A stretch of DNA of 64,000 nt from an uncultured Bacilli bacterium (lineage in GTDB: Bacteria; Bacillota_I; Bacilli_A; RF39; UBA660): contig CALVHI010000001.1 in NCBI GenBank assembly GCA_944327365.1, positions 300 to 64,299 of the forward strand. The letters are read 5' to 3'. A program made the position numbers and the translations under genes. Positions 26,209 through 36,424 of the stretch are shown here, piece by piece. Each line of letters starts with the position of its first letter. The first letter of the stretch is position 1. The notes beneath the pieces are model-generated. The model was not told the origin of the DNA and ran no database searches. It saw only the letters and a program-made list of their open reading frames with translations.

Positions 26209-28413
26209 TTGAAAAAAAACAATATATTTTTAACATTTATTATTCCTATTATCACAGTTATAGCTCTTTTAGTTATTCAAGCTCTATGTGATTTAGAACT
26301 TCCTAGCTATACATCAGACATTATTAATAATGGGATTCAACAAGGAGGAATTGATGAAGCACTACCAGAAGTATTAACGGTAGATATGTATGATGCTATT
26401 GTGCGCATTAGTGATGAAAATTCAGCAATTATGGCAAGCTATGATCTATTTATTGCTGATGATCTAAGCACTAGTGAGCGAAATGATCTTACAGAAAAAT
26501 ATCCATTATTAAAAGAAGAAGATCTTTATTTATTAAAACATTTAACAGAAGAGGAAACTAAAATTGTTGAGGAACAAATTAAACTTCCTCTTATTATAAC
26601 AGCAATGCTTTATAGTAATAATGAATCAATAGTAAATTTTTTAAATATAAAAGTACCAGAGAATAGTACTTTATTAGATCTGGTTTTAGCAATGGATAAA
26701 GAAGCCTTTGATCGCATAACAAATACAATAGAAGATACATTAACAACGCTAGATACTTCCATCATTGATCAATATGCAGTATCTAGTGTAAATACGATTT
26801 ATAGCGGTATTGGTCTAAATATGGAAGATTATCAAATCAACTATATCATTACTAAAGGATTAATGATGCTTACAATTGCTGGAATAGGTATGATAGTGGC
26901 AATTGTTGTCGGTTTTTTAATTGCCAAATTAGCAGCAAAAATTGGCTATGTTTTAAGAAGTAAAGTAGTGAGAAAAATCATGAGCTTTTCATCTTCTGAA
27001 TTTAATGAATTTGGTGCATCTAGTCTTATTACAAGATCAACGAATGATATAGAGCAAATAAAAATGTTTTTCGTTATGTTGCTTCGAATCGTTGTATTTG
27101 CTCCCATCATGGGAATAGGAGCTTTTATCAAAGTTAGTGATAATCCTTTAAATTGGATTATTGGTCTAGCTTTAATTATCATTTTCGTTTTAATTGGTTT
27201 ACTTTTTGGCTTTGCTATGCCAAAATTTAAAAAAATGCAAAAATTAATTGATCGCATGAACTTAGTATCAAGAGAAATTATCAGTGGAATGCCAGTTATA
27301 AGGACATTTGGAACAGAAAAATATGAAGAAGAACGTTTTGATAACGCCAATTTAAAACTTACCAAAACTAACCTTTTTGTCAATCGTTTAATGGGTATCA
27401 TGATGCCAAGCATGATGTTAGTAATGAATATTATCAGTATTTTAATAGTATGGTATGGAGCCAAACAAATTGATTTTGGTACTCTACAAGTAGGAACGCT
27501 TCTAGCATTTATTTCTTATACAATGCAAATCATCTTGTCTTTCTTAATGATATCCTTAGTATCAGTAATGATGCCTAGAGCTTTAGTTTCTTTAAAGAGA
27601 GTAAAAGAAATTTTAAAGACAAAATCATCAATTACAGAACCAATTAATCCTGTATCATTCAAGAGCAAACAAAAAGGAGTAGTAGAGTTTAAAAATGTAA
27701 GTTTCCAATACCCTGATGCTGATGAAGCAATGCTTAAAAATATTAGTTTTAAAGCAACTCCAGGTACGACAACAGCCTTTATTGGCTCAACAGGATCAGG
27801 TAAATCAACATTAATTAATTTAATTCCTAGATTTTTTGATGCTACAAGTGGCGAAATCTATGTGGATGGTGTAAATATAAAAGAAGCATCACTAATTGAA
27901 TTAAGAAACAAAATTGGTTATGTTCCTCAAAAAGGAATGCTTTTTAGTGGCACCATTAAGTCAAATTTAATGCTTGGAAATGACAATTTATCAGAAAAAG
28001 AAATGATTGCCTCAGCCCGTGTAAGTCAATCTTTAGAATTTATAAAACAAAAAGAAAACCAATTTGACAGCAGTATTTCTCAAGGGGGATCTAATGTATC
28101 AGGAGGGCAAAAACAAAGATTGTCTATAGCCAGAGCTATTGCTAAAAATCCTGAAATTTACATATTTGATGATTCATTCAGTGCTCTTGATTTTAAAACA
28201 GATGCATCTTTAAGAAAAGCTTTATTTAAATATGCCAAAGATGCTACAATCTTAATTGTTGCTCAAAGAATTAGTACGATCATGAATGCTGATAATATAA
28301 TAGTCTTAAATGAAGGAGAAATAGTTGGCAGTGGTACACATAAACAATTGATGAAAAACTGTCAGATCTATAAAGAAATTGCTCTATCTCAATTAAAGGA
28401 GGAGGAACTATAA
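26209..28413 (+). CDS. ABC exporter, fused permease/ATP-binding subunit (heterodimer partner 1)
   Basis: TMD followed by NBD with Walker A GSTGSGKST, signature SGGQKQR, Walker B IYIFDDSFSALD. TTG start 6 nt after AGGAGGG. Confidence 0.85.
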   Translation: MKKNNIFLTFIIPIITVIALLVIQALCDLELPSYTSDIINNGIQQGGIDEALPEVLTVDMYDAIVRISDENSAIMASYDLFIADDLSTSERNDLTEKYPLLKEEDLYLLKHLTEEETKIVEEQIKLPLIITAMLYSNNESIVNFLNIKVPENSTLLDLVLAMDKEAFDRITNTIEDTLTTLDTSIIDQYAVSSVNTIYSGIGLNMEDYQINYIITKGLMMLTIAGIGMIVAIVVGFLIAKLAAKIGYVLRSKVVRKIMSFSSSEFNEFGASSLITRSTNDIEQIKMFFVMLLRIVVFAPIMGIGAFIKVSDNPLNWIIGLALIIIFVLIGLLFGFAMPKFKKMQKLIDRMNLVSREIISGMPVIRTFGTEKYEEERFDNANLKLTKTNLFVNRLMGIMMPSMMLVMNIISILIVWYGAKQIDFGTLQVGTLLAFISYTMQIILSFLMISLVSVMMPRALVSLKRVKEILKTKSSITEPINPVSFKSKQKGVVEFKNVSFQYPDADEAMLKNISFKATPGTTTAFIGSTGSGKSTLINLIPRFFDATSGEIYVDGVNIKEASLIELRNKIGYVPQKGMLFSGTIKSNLMLGNDNLSEKEMIASARVSQSLEFIKQKENQFDSSISQGGSNVSGGQKQRLSIARAIAKNPEIYIFDDSFSALDFKTDASLRKALFKYAKDATILIVAQRISTIMNADNIIVLNEGEIVGSGTHKQLMKNCQIYKEIALSQLKEEEL

Positions 28414-30215
28414 TGGCAAGACGTATGGGTGGTCCTGGGGCAGTTGAGAAAGCTCGCGATTTTAAAGGGACATTAAAAAAATTTTTAAAAGTAATCTCAG
28501 AATACAAAATCTTACTCATCATAGCTTTTCTATTCGCTATAGGTAGTACAATTTTTGCAATTGTTTCTCCTAAAATATTAGGAAATGCAACAACTGAAAT
28601 TTATAATGGTCTTATTGCTAAAATAAATGGTACAGGATCTATTGATTTTAATGCAATTAAAACAATTTTAATTTGTTTAGCAGTATTATATATTGTAAGT
28701 GCAATATTTAATTATATACAAAATTTAATTATGACCCATGTCTCACAAAGGGCTAGTTATAAATTAAGAAAAGAAATATCTCACAAACTACATCGTTTAC
28801 CAATGAGTTATTTTGATCATCAAAACACTGGAGATATCATGTCTGTAATTACGAATGATATTGATACTTTGCAATTAAACTTAAATCAATCAGCGACTCA
28901 ACTTGTATCATCCATTGTTACTTTAATAGGAATATTTATTATGATGTGTACGATTAGTGTACCCTTAGCAATAATAACAGCTTTAGTTTTACCAGTTGCT
29001 AGTTTGATTGTTATGTTGATTGTTAAAAAAAGTCAAAAGCACTTCTTTAATCAACAAAATTATTTAGGATATGTAGATGGCGAAGTAGAAGAAATGATTA
29101 GTGGGCATACAGTTATCAAAGCTTTTAATGCAGAAGAAAAATCAATGAAAAATTTTGATAGAGATAATGAATTATTATGCACAGCAAGCTATAAAGCTCA
29201 ATTCTTATCTGGATTAATGCATCCAATCATGAATTTTGTTGCTAATCTAAATTACACGATCATAGCTATCATTGGAGCAATTTTTGCCATAAATGGTAAA
29301 ATAACTATCGGTAACATTCAAAGTTTCATTCAATACTCTAGAAACTTCACTAATCCAATCGCTCAACTAGCCCAAATATCTAGTTTAATTCAAAGTATGA
29401 TGGCAGCTAGTGAAAGAGTGTTTAATTTCTTAAGTTTAGAAGAATATATAGATGAAGGAACAAAAGATTGCAACAATGTTAAAGGAAATATTGAATTTAA
29501 ACATGTAAGGTTTGGCTATAATAAAGATAAAATGATTATTAAGGATTTTAATGCTTCGATAAAAAGTGGACAAAAAATTGCTATTGTAGGTCCAACTGGA
29601 GCCGGAAAAACAACAATAGTTAAATTACTAATGCGCTTTTATGAATTAAATGGCGGAGAAATCTTATTAGATGGCTTAAATATTAAAGATTATAAACGGG
29701 AATATTATGAAACCGTATTTGCTATGGTTCTACAAGATACATGGCTATTTAATGGAACAATTTTAGATAATTTACGTTATGGTAATTTAAATGCTTCAGA
29801 TAAAGAAATAATAGATGCAGCGAAAACTGCTAATGCAGATTTCTTCATTAGAACTTTACCTGAAGGCTATAATTCACTGATTAATGAAGAGACAAATAAT
29901 ATTAGTGGTGGTCAAAAACAATTATTAACCATAGCCAGAGCTATTGTTAAAAACCCTAAAGTTTTAATTTTAGATGAAGCAACGAGCAATGTTGATACTC
30001 GTACAGAAGAATTAATTGGTAAAGCAATGGATAAAGTAATGGAAGGAAGAACATCGTTTATTATAGCGCATCGCTTATCAACAATAAAAAATGCTGATTT
30101 AATATTAGTAATGGATGAAGGCGATATTGTAGAAATAGGCCGTCATGAAGAATTATTAGAAAAAAATGGCTTCTATGCTAAAATATATAATTCTCAATTC
30201 GAAAAAGTTTCATAA
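28413..30215 (+). CDS. ABC exporter, fused permease/ATP-binding subunit (heterodimer partner 2)
   Basis: TMD + NBD with GPTGAGKTT, SGGQKQ, LILDEATSNVD. Start overlaps the previous stop (TAATG). Confidence 0.85.
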   Translation: MARRMGGPGAVEKARDFKGTLKKFLKVISEYKILLIIAFLFAIGSTIFAIVSPKILGNATTEIYNGLIAKINGTGSIDFNAIKTILICLAVLYIVSAIFNYIQNLIMTHVSQRASYKLRKEISHKLHRLPMSYFDHQNTGDIMSVITNDIDTLQLNLNQSATQLVSSIVTLIGIFIMMCTISVPLAIITALVLPVASLIVMLIVKKSQKHFFNQQNYLGYVDGEVEEMISGHTVIKAFNAEEKSMKNFDRDNELLCTASYKAQFLSGLMHPIMNFVANLNYTIIAIIGAIFAINGKITIGNIQSFIQYSRNFTNPIAQLAQISSLIQSMMAASERVFNFLSLEEYIDEGTKDCNNVKGNIEFKHVRFGYNKDKMIIKDFNASIKSGQKIAIVGPTGAGKTTIVKLLMRFYELNGGEILLDGLNIKDYKREYYETVFAMVLQDTWLFNGTILDNLRYGNLNASDKEIIDAAKTANADFFIRTLPEGYNSLINEETNNISGGQKQLLTIARAIVKNPKVLILDEATSNVDTRTEELIGKAMDKVMEGRTSFIIAHRLSTIKNADLILVMDEGDIVEIGRHEELLEKNGFYAKIYNSQFEKVS

Positions 30216-30216
30216 G

Positions 30217-30240
30217 ATACTAGAAATAGTATCTTTTTTA
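30217..30240 (+). terminator. Rho-independent terminator after the ABC operon
   Basis: GATACTA gaaa TAGTATC TTTTTT. Confidence 0.5.
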
Positions 30241-30245
30241 GTGTG

Positions 30246-30542
30246 ATAGGAAAGTACACGTTTTTGCGCGCCTGCATGTGTAGAAGAAGTATATCTCAAA
30301 CTAAAAAAATCTCGAAAAAAGGGCAGTGGAGGGAGTAGTAAAAGCAATCATATCATCACAAAAATGTAGCAAATGCGGGTTAGAAATAAAGAATGATTAT
30401 AAATGCAAATATAAATATATCAAAAGAGGGGTTGCAATATTTAAGTAATTAGATTAAAATAAAAATATAGAACAAAAAGAAGTACGAAAGCAAGACTTCA
30501 AAGAACCGTAAGATTCGGGGAATGTTCATTATATTTTATGTT
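30246..30542 (+). mobile_element. Miniature IS200/IS605-derived element, copy 3 (internally deleted)
   Basis: Left end ATAGGAAAGTACACG. Zinc-finger remnant SKCGLEIKNDYKCK. Right end gaagtacgaaagcaagacttcaaagaaccgtaagattcgggg...ATTTTATGTT. Confidence 0.5.
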
Positions 30543-30569
30543 ATAATGATAATTGAAAGAAGTGAGTAT

Positions 30570-31094
30570 ATGAAGAAAAAAGAAATAATTGACTTAATAG
30601 CAGGATTATCATTAATGTTACTAGCGGGAGTAATATTGCTTTTCCCATCATTTAAAGTAAATAATTTAAGCTTTATATTAAAAGTAGTATTTGGTTTTTA
30701 TACTCTAATAAAGCTAACACAGTTTCTATTTATTTTTAAAGAAAAAGATTATGAAAGTCTACTAACATGTCTTATTTCTGCTCTAGCCCTATTAAGTTTA
30801 TTTATAATTAATTTAACAATCCAAAATCTAGTGCTTATCTTAATGATTTGGATGGCGTTAATGTGTTTAATTAAGCTAAAAAAAGCAGACTTTTATCATG
30901 ATAGAAAAAATAAAATGTGGCTCTTGCGTTTATTTATATTATTTACTTTTCTAACAACAGGTTTACTAACCGGAATAAATTTATATTATGAAGTTGATGT
31001 TCAAACAATCATCATTGGTTTCTTCTTCTTAATTAATGGTATATTAGATACAATAGACCCTATAGTCCTATATCTAATGGAGAATAAACAATGA
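30570..31094 (+). CDS. Polytopic membrane protein, hypothetical
   Basis: Start set to ATG 30570 (MKKKEIIDL) after RBS GAAAGAAGTGAG. The tracked start 30522 lies inside the IS remnant. Confidence 0.45.
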   Translation: MKKKEIIDLIAGLSLMLLAGVILLFPSFKVNNLSFILKVVFGFYTLIKLTQFLFIFKEKDYESLLTCLISALALLSLFIINLTIQNLVLILMIWMALMCLIKLKKADFYHDRKNKMWLLRLFILFTFLTTGLLTGINLYYEVDVQTIIIGFFFLINGILDTIDPIVLYLMENKQ

Positions 31095-31954
31095 AATTAG
31101 TAACGGATTTTAAAGAATATCAAATATTAGATTTAAATAATGGTAAAAAGCTAGAATCATGGAATGGCATAATTTTAAATAGACCAGACCCACAAGTAAT
31201 ATGGAAAAAAGAAGAAAATAAAACAGTTAATGAAGCTCATGCTACCTACGAAAGAAGTAATACTGGAGGAGGAAGATGGCATATTCATAAAAATGTTCCG
31301 ACATCATGGACGATAAGTTATCGTGATTTAAAGTTTAACTTAAAACTAATGAGCTTCAAACACACAGGTCTATTCCCTGAACAAGCCTATAATTGGAACT
31401 TAATAAGAGAAAAGATCAAAAAGGCAAATAGACAAGTAAAAGTCTTAAATTTATTTGCTTACACTGGTGCAGCTACTATAGCAGCGTTAAAGGAAGAAGC
31501 TAGTGTTGTTCATGTTGATGCATCGCGGGGAATGATTGAATGGGCAAAAGAAAATGTAAAATTAAATAATTTGGAAAATGCTTCAGTGCGTTTTTTGGTT
31601 GATGATGTAAGAAAATTTGTCAAAAGAGAGATAAGAAGAAAAAATAAATATGATATTATTATCATGGATCCACCATCTTTTGGCAGAGGCTCAAAAAAAG
31701 AAGTGTGGAATATTGAAACAGATCTAGACGGTCTACTAAAGGATACAGCTGAACTGTTAAGCGATGATCCACTTCTTTTCATAATCAATTCTTATACGAC
31801 AGGCATATCAAAAACCATATTAGAAGATCTTCTTTATTTAAGAATTAATTCAAAATTCAAAGGAATAATTGCAAGTGATGAATTAGGAATAAAAACCAAT
31901 ATCTCTAATCTTATATTGCCATGTGGAATTACAGCAAGATGGGAAAAAGAATGA
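31091..31954 (+). CDS. Class I SAM-dependent methyltransferase (RlmI/YwbD-like)
   Basis: SAM-binding LNLFAYTGAATIAA, then DASRGMIEWAKENV, IIIMDPPSFGRG. Confidence 0.75.
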   Translation: MKLVTDFKEYQILDLNNGKKLESWNGIILNRPDPQVIWKKEENKTVNEAHATYERSNTGGGRWHIHKNVPTSWTISYRDLKFNLKLMSFKHTGLFPEQAYNWNLIREKIKKANRQVKVLNLFAYTGAATIAALKEEASVVHVDASRGMIEWAKENVKLNNLENASVRFLVDDVRKFVKREIRRKNKYDIIIMDPPSFGRGSKKEVWNIETDLDGLLKDTAELLSDDPLLFIINSYTTGISKTILEDLLYLRINSKFKGIIASDELGIKTNISNLILPCGITARWEKE

Positions 31955-32072
31955 AAAATTAATTTGTCTTAGTCTATACAGCTGTACTTCTAATAGGCAT
32001 ATGAAACTATTGATTTAAAAGAATAATCTTTAAAATTTTTCATATATTTAATTAGAAAGTTGAGGAAAATAT

Positions 32073-32333
32073 ATGGAAATATTAAAAGTATCTAGTAAAT
32101 CAAATCCAAGTAAAGTAGCAGGAGCAATTGCCAATATTTTTAGAGAAAAAGGCAGTGTAGAAATCCAAACGATTGGAGCCGGTTCTCTTAATCAAGCAAT
32201 AAAAGGAATAGCAATAGCCAGAGGCTTTGTAGCGCCCAGTGGTGATAATTTAGTTGTTATACCAGCCTTTAATGATGTTGTAATTAATGGTGAAGATAAA
32301 ACAGCCATGAAATTAATTGTAACAAAAAAGTAA
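32073..32333 (+). CDS. spoVS: Stage V sporulation protein S (SpoVS family)
   Basis: MEILKVSSKSNPSKVAGAIA...IQTIGAGSLNQAIKGIAIARGFVAPSG...IPAF closely matches SpoVS. Confidence 0.8.
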   Translation: MEILKVSSKSNPSKVAGAIANIFREKGSVEIQTIGAGSLNQAIKGIAIARGFVAPSGDNLVVIPAFNDVVINGEDKTAMKLIVTKK

Positions 32334-32378
32334 AGTCAACATAAAAGTTGGCTTTTTCCATATTTTTATCTAGCTTTA

Positions 32379-32657
32379 ATGGATAAAATAATTTATAATA
32401 ATAGTAGGGTGAAAATCATGAATGAAATTATCTTAGAAGATATTGCCGGAAATAAAATAAAAGCAACTTTTTTATTTACACATTTTGATTATAATTTTGG
32501 AAAAAATTATATTGTTTATTTAATAGAAAATGATTTATTAGCATCTTCCTATGAATTAGTAGATGATAAATATATTATTAATAATGATTTATCTACAGCA
32601 GAATATGATATGATTGATAAAATTATAGAAAGTAAAATGGGAGATAAAAATGAATAA
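32379..32657 (+). CDS. Hypothetical protein
   Basis: 92-aa ORF. Confidence 0.3.
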   Translation: MDKIIYNNSRVKIMNEIILEDIAGNKIKATFLFTHFDYNFGKNYIVYLIENDLLASSYELVDDKYIINNDLSTAEYDMIDKIIESKMGDKNE

Positions 32658-33861
32658 GTTTTTTATTGATTATCAAAATGGAAGAAAGTACTATGCTTAC
32701 CAATATCAAAACGGCCAAATTAAGTATATCGCATTAAACGAAGAACACATAGAAGCTTTATTATCTAAAATTTTATCAGAAAACATCAATAAATTAGTTG
32801 ATCATGATAATTATACTGAAATTTATTTTGATAATTTAAGTATTATCATAGACAATTTGAAAATATTTTATCCCGAACATAATTCAAATGACAAATATTT
32901 TCTAATTCTTTATGATAAAATAAAAGAAATAGAAGAAAAAGAAAGAATTAAAAAAGAGTTACAATCAAGAAAGATAATCCCAAGAGTAAACAGAACTCCA
33001 AAATTACCAACCAAACAAATTATTGCAGGCATCCTTTCTTTTAGTGTTGGCATATCTTTAATAGCGGGATCAATCAATCAAGAAACTAAAAAGAAAGAAA
33101 AAGAACCGGTAATAACTGCCATTACATACACCCCACCAGCAGAAGAAACAAAAAGTGTTATAAATAGTCCAAATTATACAATAAATTTATCTTTCCCTAA
33201 TCGAGTAGAAACCAATCGAGTTAGTGCGGAAGAAAGCAAATTAGAGGAAACAATCAATAATTTTTCTACCTATATTTCCCTATATTCAACAAATTATGGT
33301 CTTCCCTATGAACTTTGTTGTGCCTTAATCACTCAAGAACGTCCCAATTTTAAAGACGGAGTATGCCACAATCCATGTCAAATAACATATAAATATTTTG
33401 TTGGTCAAACTATTACGGCACCTCTATATGATGAATTGGGCTTTACTGGAAATTATGATACATTTTTAGTAACTGAAGATATGCTGAATTCTCCTGAAGG
33501 AAATATCAGGGTAGGTCTAGCCTATCTAAGAAATTGTATTGATCGCTTTGACAGTTTAGTCATGGGAACTTTTGCTTATAATCAAGGCATATCTGCTTTA
33601 AATCAAGCCTGTAACTATTTTGATTTAGATAAAGAAAATTATTTAGGTGAAGAAAATAGCATTAAAGCAAGAGACTTAATTAATCGTTATTATGAAACTT
33701 TAGGGAAATCACATGGAGATAAAAATTATTTAGAAAATGTTTTTAGTTATTTAGAATTAGAAAATCGAGGAAGTATTACTTTATCTTACTATTTAGGAAG
33801 CAATCAAAAAACAATAGAAATTAATAATACTTTAGTGTATAATAGTGAACTTAGTAGGTGA
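32650..33861 (+). CDS. Membrane-anchored lytic transglycosylase (SLT) domain protein
   Basis: TM near aa 120-140. C-terminal domain with ALITQERP (ES-motif region), CQITYKY, AYNQG, resembling SLT family goose-type lysozyme folds. Confidence 0.55.
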   Translation: MNKFFIDYQNGRKYYAYQYQNGQIKYIALNEEHIEALLSKILSENINKLVDHDNYTEIYFDNLSIIIDNLKIFYPEHNSNDKYFLILYDKIKEIEEKERIKKELQSRKIIPRVNRTPKLPTKQIIAGILSFSVGISLIAGSINQETKKKEKEPVITAITYTPPAEETKSVINSPNYTINLSFPNRVETNRVSAEESKLEETINNFSTYISLYSTNYGLPYELCCALITQERPNFKDGVCHNPCQITYKYFVGQTITAPLYDELGFTGNYDTFLVTEDMLNSPEGNIRVGLAYLRNCIDRFDSLVMGTFAYNQGISALNQACNYFDLDKENYLGEENSIKARDLINRYYETLGKSHGDKNYLENVFSYLELENRGSITLSYYLGSNQKTIEINNTLVYNSELSR

Positions 33862-33866
33862 AAAAA

Positions 33867-34577
33867 ATGAACAAAATTGTTTTAATAACTGGATCTTCCC
33901 GTGGTTTAGGAGCTTCCATTGCCAAGCTTTTTTTAGAAGATAAAGATATTGTATATGTGAATTTTAAATCAAGTAAAAAAGAAGCAGAGGCTTTATGTAG
34001 TAAATATAATTTAGCAAGACCTATCCAGTGTAATGTAGCAAATGAACAAGAAGTAAAAAACATGATAAATCAAATAAAAGAAGAACAAAATCATTTAGAT
34101 ATAATTATAAATAATGCTGCTATAGCAAAAGATTCATTAGTTGATGAGAAGACAAAAGAAACTTTTAATGAAGTACTAAACACCAATTTAATAGGCCCCT
34201 TTTTAGTTTCTAAATATGGTCACAAAATTATGGATAAAGGTAGTATTATAAATATATCATCTACAAATGCTTATGATACTTATTATCCATATAGTCTAGA
34301 TTATGATGCATCAAAAGCTGGATTAATTAGTTTAACTAAAAATCTAGCAGTTGAGTATGCCCCCAAAATCAGGGTAAATGCTGTAGCTCCTGGCTGGATA
34401 AACACCGAAATGAATAAAGAATTAGATAAAGATTTTAAAAAAGAAGAATGTAAAAAAATATTACTAGAAAGATTTGCCGAACCTAAAGAAATTGCCAAAG
34501 TTGTCTTTTTCTTAGCAAGTGATGATGCTAGTTATATTAATGGTAGTGTAATTAGAGTAGATGGAGGAGTAAAATGA
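33867..34577 (+). CDS. SDR family oxidoreductase (3-oxoacyl-ACP reductase FabG-like)
   Basis: TGSSRGLG, NNAA, catalytic Y...K (YDASKAG), PGWINTEM. ATG 33867, 6 nt after AGGTGA. Confidence 0.75.
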   Translation: MNKIVLITGSSRGLGASIAKLFLEDKDIVYVNFKSSKKEAEALCSKYNLARPIQCNVANEQEVKNMINQIKEEQNHLDIIINNAAIAKDSLVDEKTKETFNEVLNTNLIGPFLVSKYGHKIMDKGSIINISSTNAYDTYYPYSLDYDASKAGLISLTKNLAVEYAPKIRVNAVAPGWINTEMNKELDKDFKKEECKKILLERFAEPKEIAKVVFFLASDDASYINGSVIRVDGGVK

Positions 34578-35797
34578 TTGATAAATTAATAGATGAAGCG
34601 GAAGAAAAATGTAGAGATGTTTTTAAAAAAATTGATGAAAATGAAGCTTATTTTAGCGCTCTTGTTTTAGATGCTTTTAGATTAGAGCAAATAAGTGAAG
34701 CTCATTTTAATGCAACAACTGGATATGGTTATAATGATTTAGGAAGGGATGCAATTGAAAGAGTATTTGCTAGAGTTTTAAAAGGAGAAAAAGCACTAGT
34801 TAGGAACCAATTTATCAGTGGCTCTCATGCTTTATCAACAGCACTTTTTGCTCTTCTTCGTCCCGGGGATACGCTTTTATCTATAACTGGCATACCATAC
34901 GATACTTTGCATGAAGTAATAGGAATTAAAGACAATCCTAGCTCTTTAAAAAGTTTTAATATTCACTATAGACAAATAGATCTCATCAATAATCACTTTG
35001 ATGACGAAACAATACTAAAAACATTAAAAGAAAATAAAATAAAATTAATTGAAATTCAAAGAAGTAGGGGATATAGTACAAGAGAAAGTATTTTAATAGA
35101 AGATATCGAAAGTATTATAAAAAAGATTAGAGAAGTAGATCAAGAAGTTATTATCATGATAGACAATTGTTACTGTGAAATGGTTGAGAAAACTTCTCCC
35201 CTAGAAGTAGGAGCAAATATTATAGTAGGTTCTTTAATCAAAAATTTAGGTGGATCTTTAGCAAGCAATGGAGCTTATATTTGTGGCGATGAAAAACTAA
35301 TTAACCTTTGTGCCGAAAGATTAAATTTGCCTGGAGAAGGAATTGATGTAGGACCTAGTTTAGGAGCTAATAAAAGCATCTTACAAGGACTTTATTTTGC
35401 TCCCAGTGTTGTTGCATCAAGTCTAAAAACAGCAGTACTAACTTCCTATCTTCTAGAAAAACTAGGTTATCATGTTTCGCCTAAATATAATGAAAAAAGA
35501 GCAGATATTGTAGAAGCTATAACTTTTAGAAATAAAGATTTATTAATTAAATATGTTGAAGGAATTCAAAAATATTCGCCAATTGATTCAAATACACTTC
35601 CAATACCAGCTCCAATGCCCGGATATGATGATGACATTATTATGGCAAGTGGCTCATTTACTCAAGGATCAAGCATCGAGCTTTCTTGCGATGGACCTCT
35701 AAGAGCACCATATATTGCTTACCAACAAGGAGGAGTTACATATAACTATGGAAAGATTGCTATTATAAATGCAATTAAAAATATCATTAGTACTTGA
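34574..35797 (+). CDS. Methionine gamma-lyase family (YnbB/aluminium-resistance) PLP-dependent protein
   Basis: Conserved N-terminus FRLEQISEAHFNATTGYGYND.GRD and overall length typical of the YnbB family. Confidence 0.65.
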   Translation: MIDKLIDEAEEKCRDVFKKIDENEAYFSALVLDAFRLEQISEAHFNATTGYGYNDLGRDAIERVFARVLKGEKALVRNQFISGSHALSTALFALLRPGDTLLSITGIPYDTLHEVIGIKDNPSSLKSFNIHYRQIDLINNHFDDETILKTLKENKIKLIEIQRSRGYSTRESILIEDIESIIKKIREVDQEVIIMIDNCYCEMVEKTSPLEVGANIIVGSLIKNLGGSLASNGAYICGDEKLINLCAERLNLPGEGIDVGPSLGANKSILQGLYFAPSVVASSLKTAVLTSYLLEKLGYHVSPKYNEKRADIVEAITFRNKDLLIKYVEGIQKYSPIDSNTLPIPAPMPGYDDDIIMASGSFTQGSSIELSCDGPLRAPYIAYQQGGVTYNYGKIAIINAIKNIIST

Positions 35798-35848
35798 CGT
35801 TACAACTATAATGCTAACTAATTTATTTAAAAAGATGTTAAAAAGTTA

Positions 35849-35877
35849 TTGACATCCTTTTTATTTAATGATATATT
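35849..35877 (+). promoter_or_regulatory. Consensus promoter for the tRNA operon (TTGACA-17-TATATT)
   Basis: TTGACA 35849-35854, 17-nt spacer, TATATT 35872-35877, about 20 nt upstream of tRNA-Val. Confidence 0.5.
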
Positions 35878-35897
35878 AAATTACGTCAATGGCACAG

Positions 35898-35974
35898 GGG
35901 CGCTTAGCTCAGTTGGTTAGAGCACCTGCCTTACAAGCAGGGGGTCATAGGTTCGAGTCCTATAGCGCCCACCA
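35898..35974 (+). tRNA. tRNA-Val (anticodon TAC)
   Basis: GGGCGCT acceptor stem, D-arm GCTCAGTTGGTTAGAGC, anticodon loop CTTACAA, T-arm GGTTCGAGTCC, ACCA. Confidence 0.9.
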
Positions 35975-35985
35975 TTGTTTTTTTT

Positions 35986-36061
35986 GCCGACATAGCGTAA
36001 CTGGCAGCGCAACTGACTTGTAATCAGTAGGTTGGGGGTTCGACTCCCTCTGTCGGCACCA
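35986..36061 (+). tRNA. tRNA-Thr (anticodon TGT)
   Basis: GCCGACA acceptor stem, anticodon loop CTTGTAA, T-arm GGTTCGACTCC, CCA. Confidence 0.85.
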
Positions 36062-36070
36062 TTTAATTAT

Positions 36071-36154
36071 GGGGAGATAGCGAAGTGGCCAAACGCGGCA
36101 GACTGTAAATCTGTTCCTTCGGGTTCCATGGTTCGAATCCATGTCTCCCCACCA
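36071..36154 (+). tRNA. tRNA-Tyr (anticodon GTA), long variable arm
   Basis: GGGGAGA acceptor stem, anticodon loop CTGTAAA, long variable arm, T-arm GGTTCGAATCC, CCA. Confidence 0.85.
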
Positions 36155-36163
36155 CTTTAATAT

Positions 36164-36239
36164 TGCCTCGTAGCCAAGTGGTAAGGCATCAGACTTTGAC
36201 TCTGACATTCCGCTGGTTCGAACCCAGCCGAGGCAGCCA
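36164..36239 (+). tRNA. tRNA-Gln (anticodon TTG)
   Basis: TGCCTCG acceptor stem, anticodon loop CTTTGAC, T-arm GGTTCGAACCC, CCA. Confidence 0.85.
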
Positions 36240-36244
36240 TACTT

Positions 36245-36320
36245 GGTTCGCTAGCTCAGTAGGTAGAGCATTTGACTTTTAATCAAAGGGTCGAGGGTTC
36301 GAATCCCTCGCGAGCCACCA
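36245..36320 (+). tRNA. tRNA-Lys (anticodon TTT)
   Basis: GGTTCGC acceptor stem, D-arm GCTCAGTAGGTAGAGC, anticodon loop CTTTTAA, T-arm GGTTCGAATCC, CCA. Confidence 0.9.
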
Positions 36321-36424
36321 TCGAGTTTATAAGGGTTTATGAAGATTTCATAAACTTTTTTTATGTCTAATTTTTGAAAAAGCAGTATAGCTTTTAAATT
36401 TGATAATAAAAAGCAACTTGTAAA

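Noticed and set aside
30522-30569. Tracked start of ORF 30522..31094
   Set aside because: The first 16 codons lie in the right end of the IS605-derived element. The ATG at 30570 has a proper RBS and begins the hydrophobic protein (MKKKEIIDL).
35960-36208. 82-aa minus-strand ORF
   Set aside because: Lies entirely across the tRNA-Val/Thr/Tyr/Gln genes; spurious.
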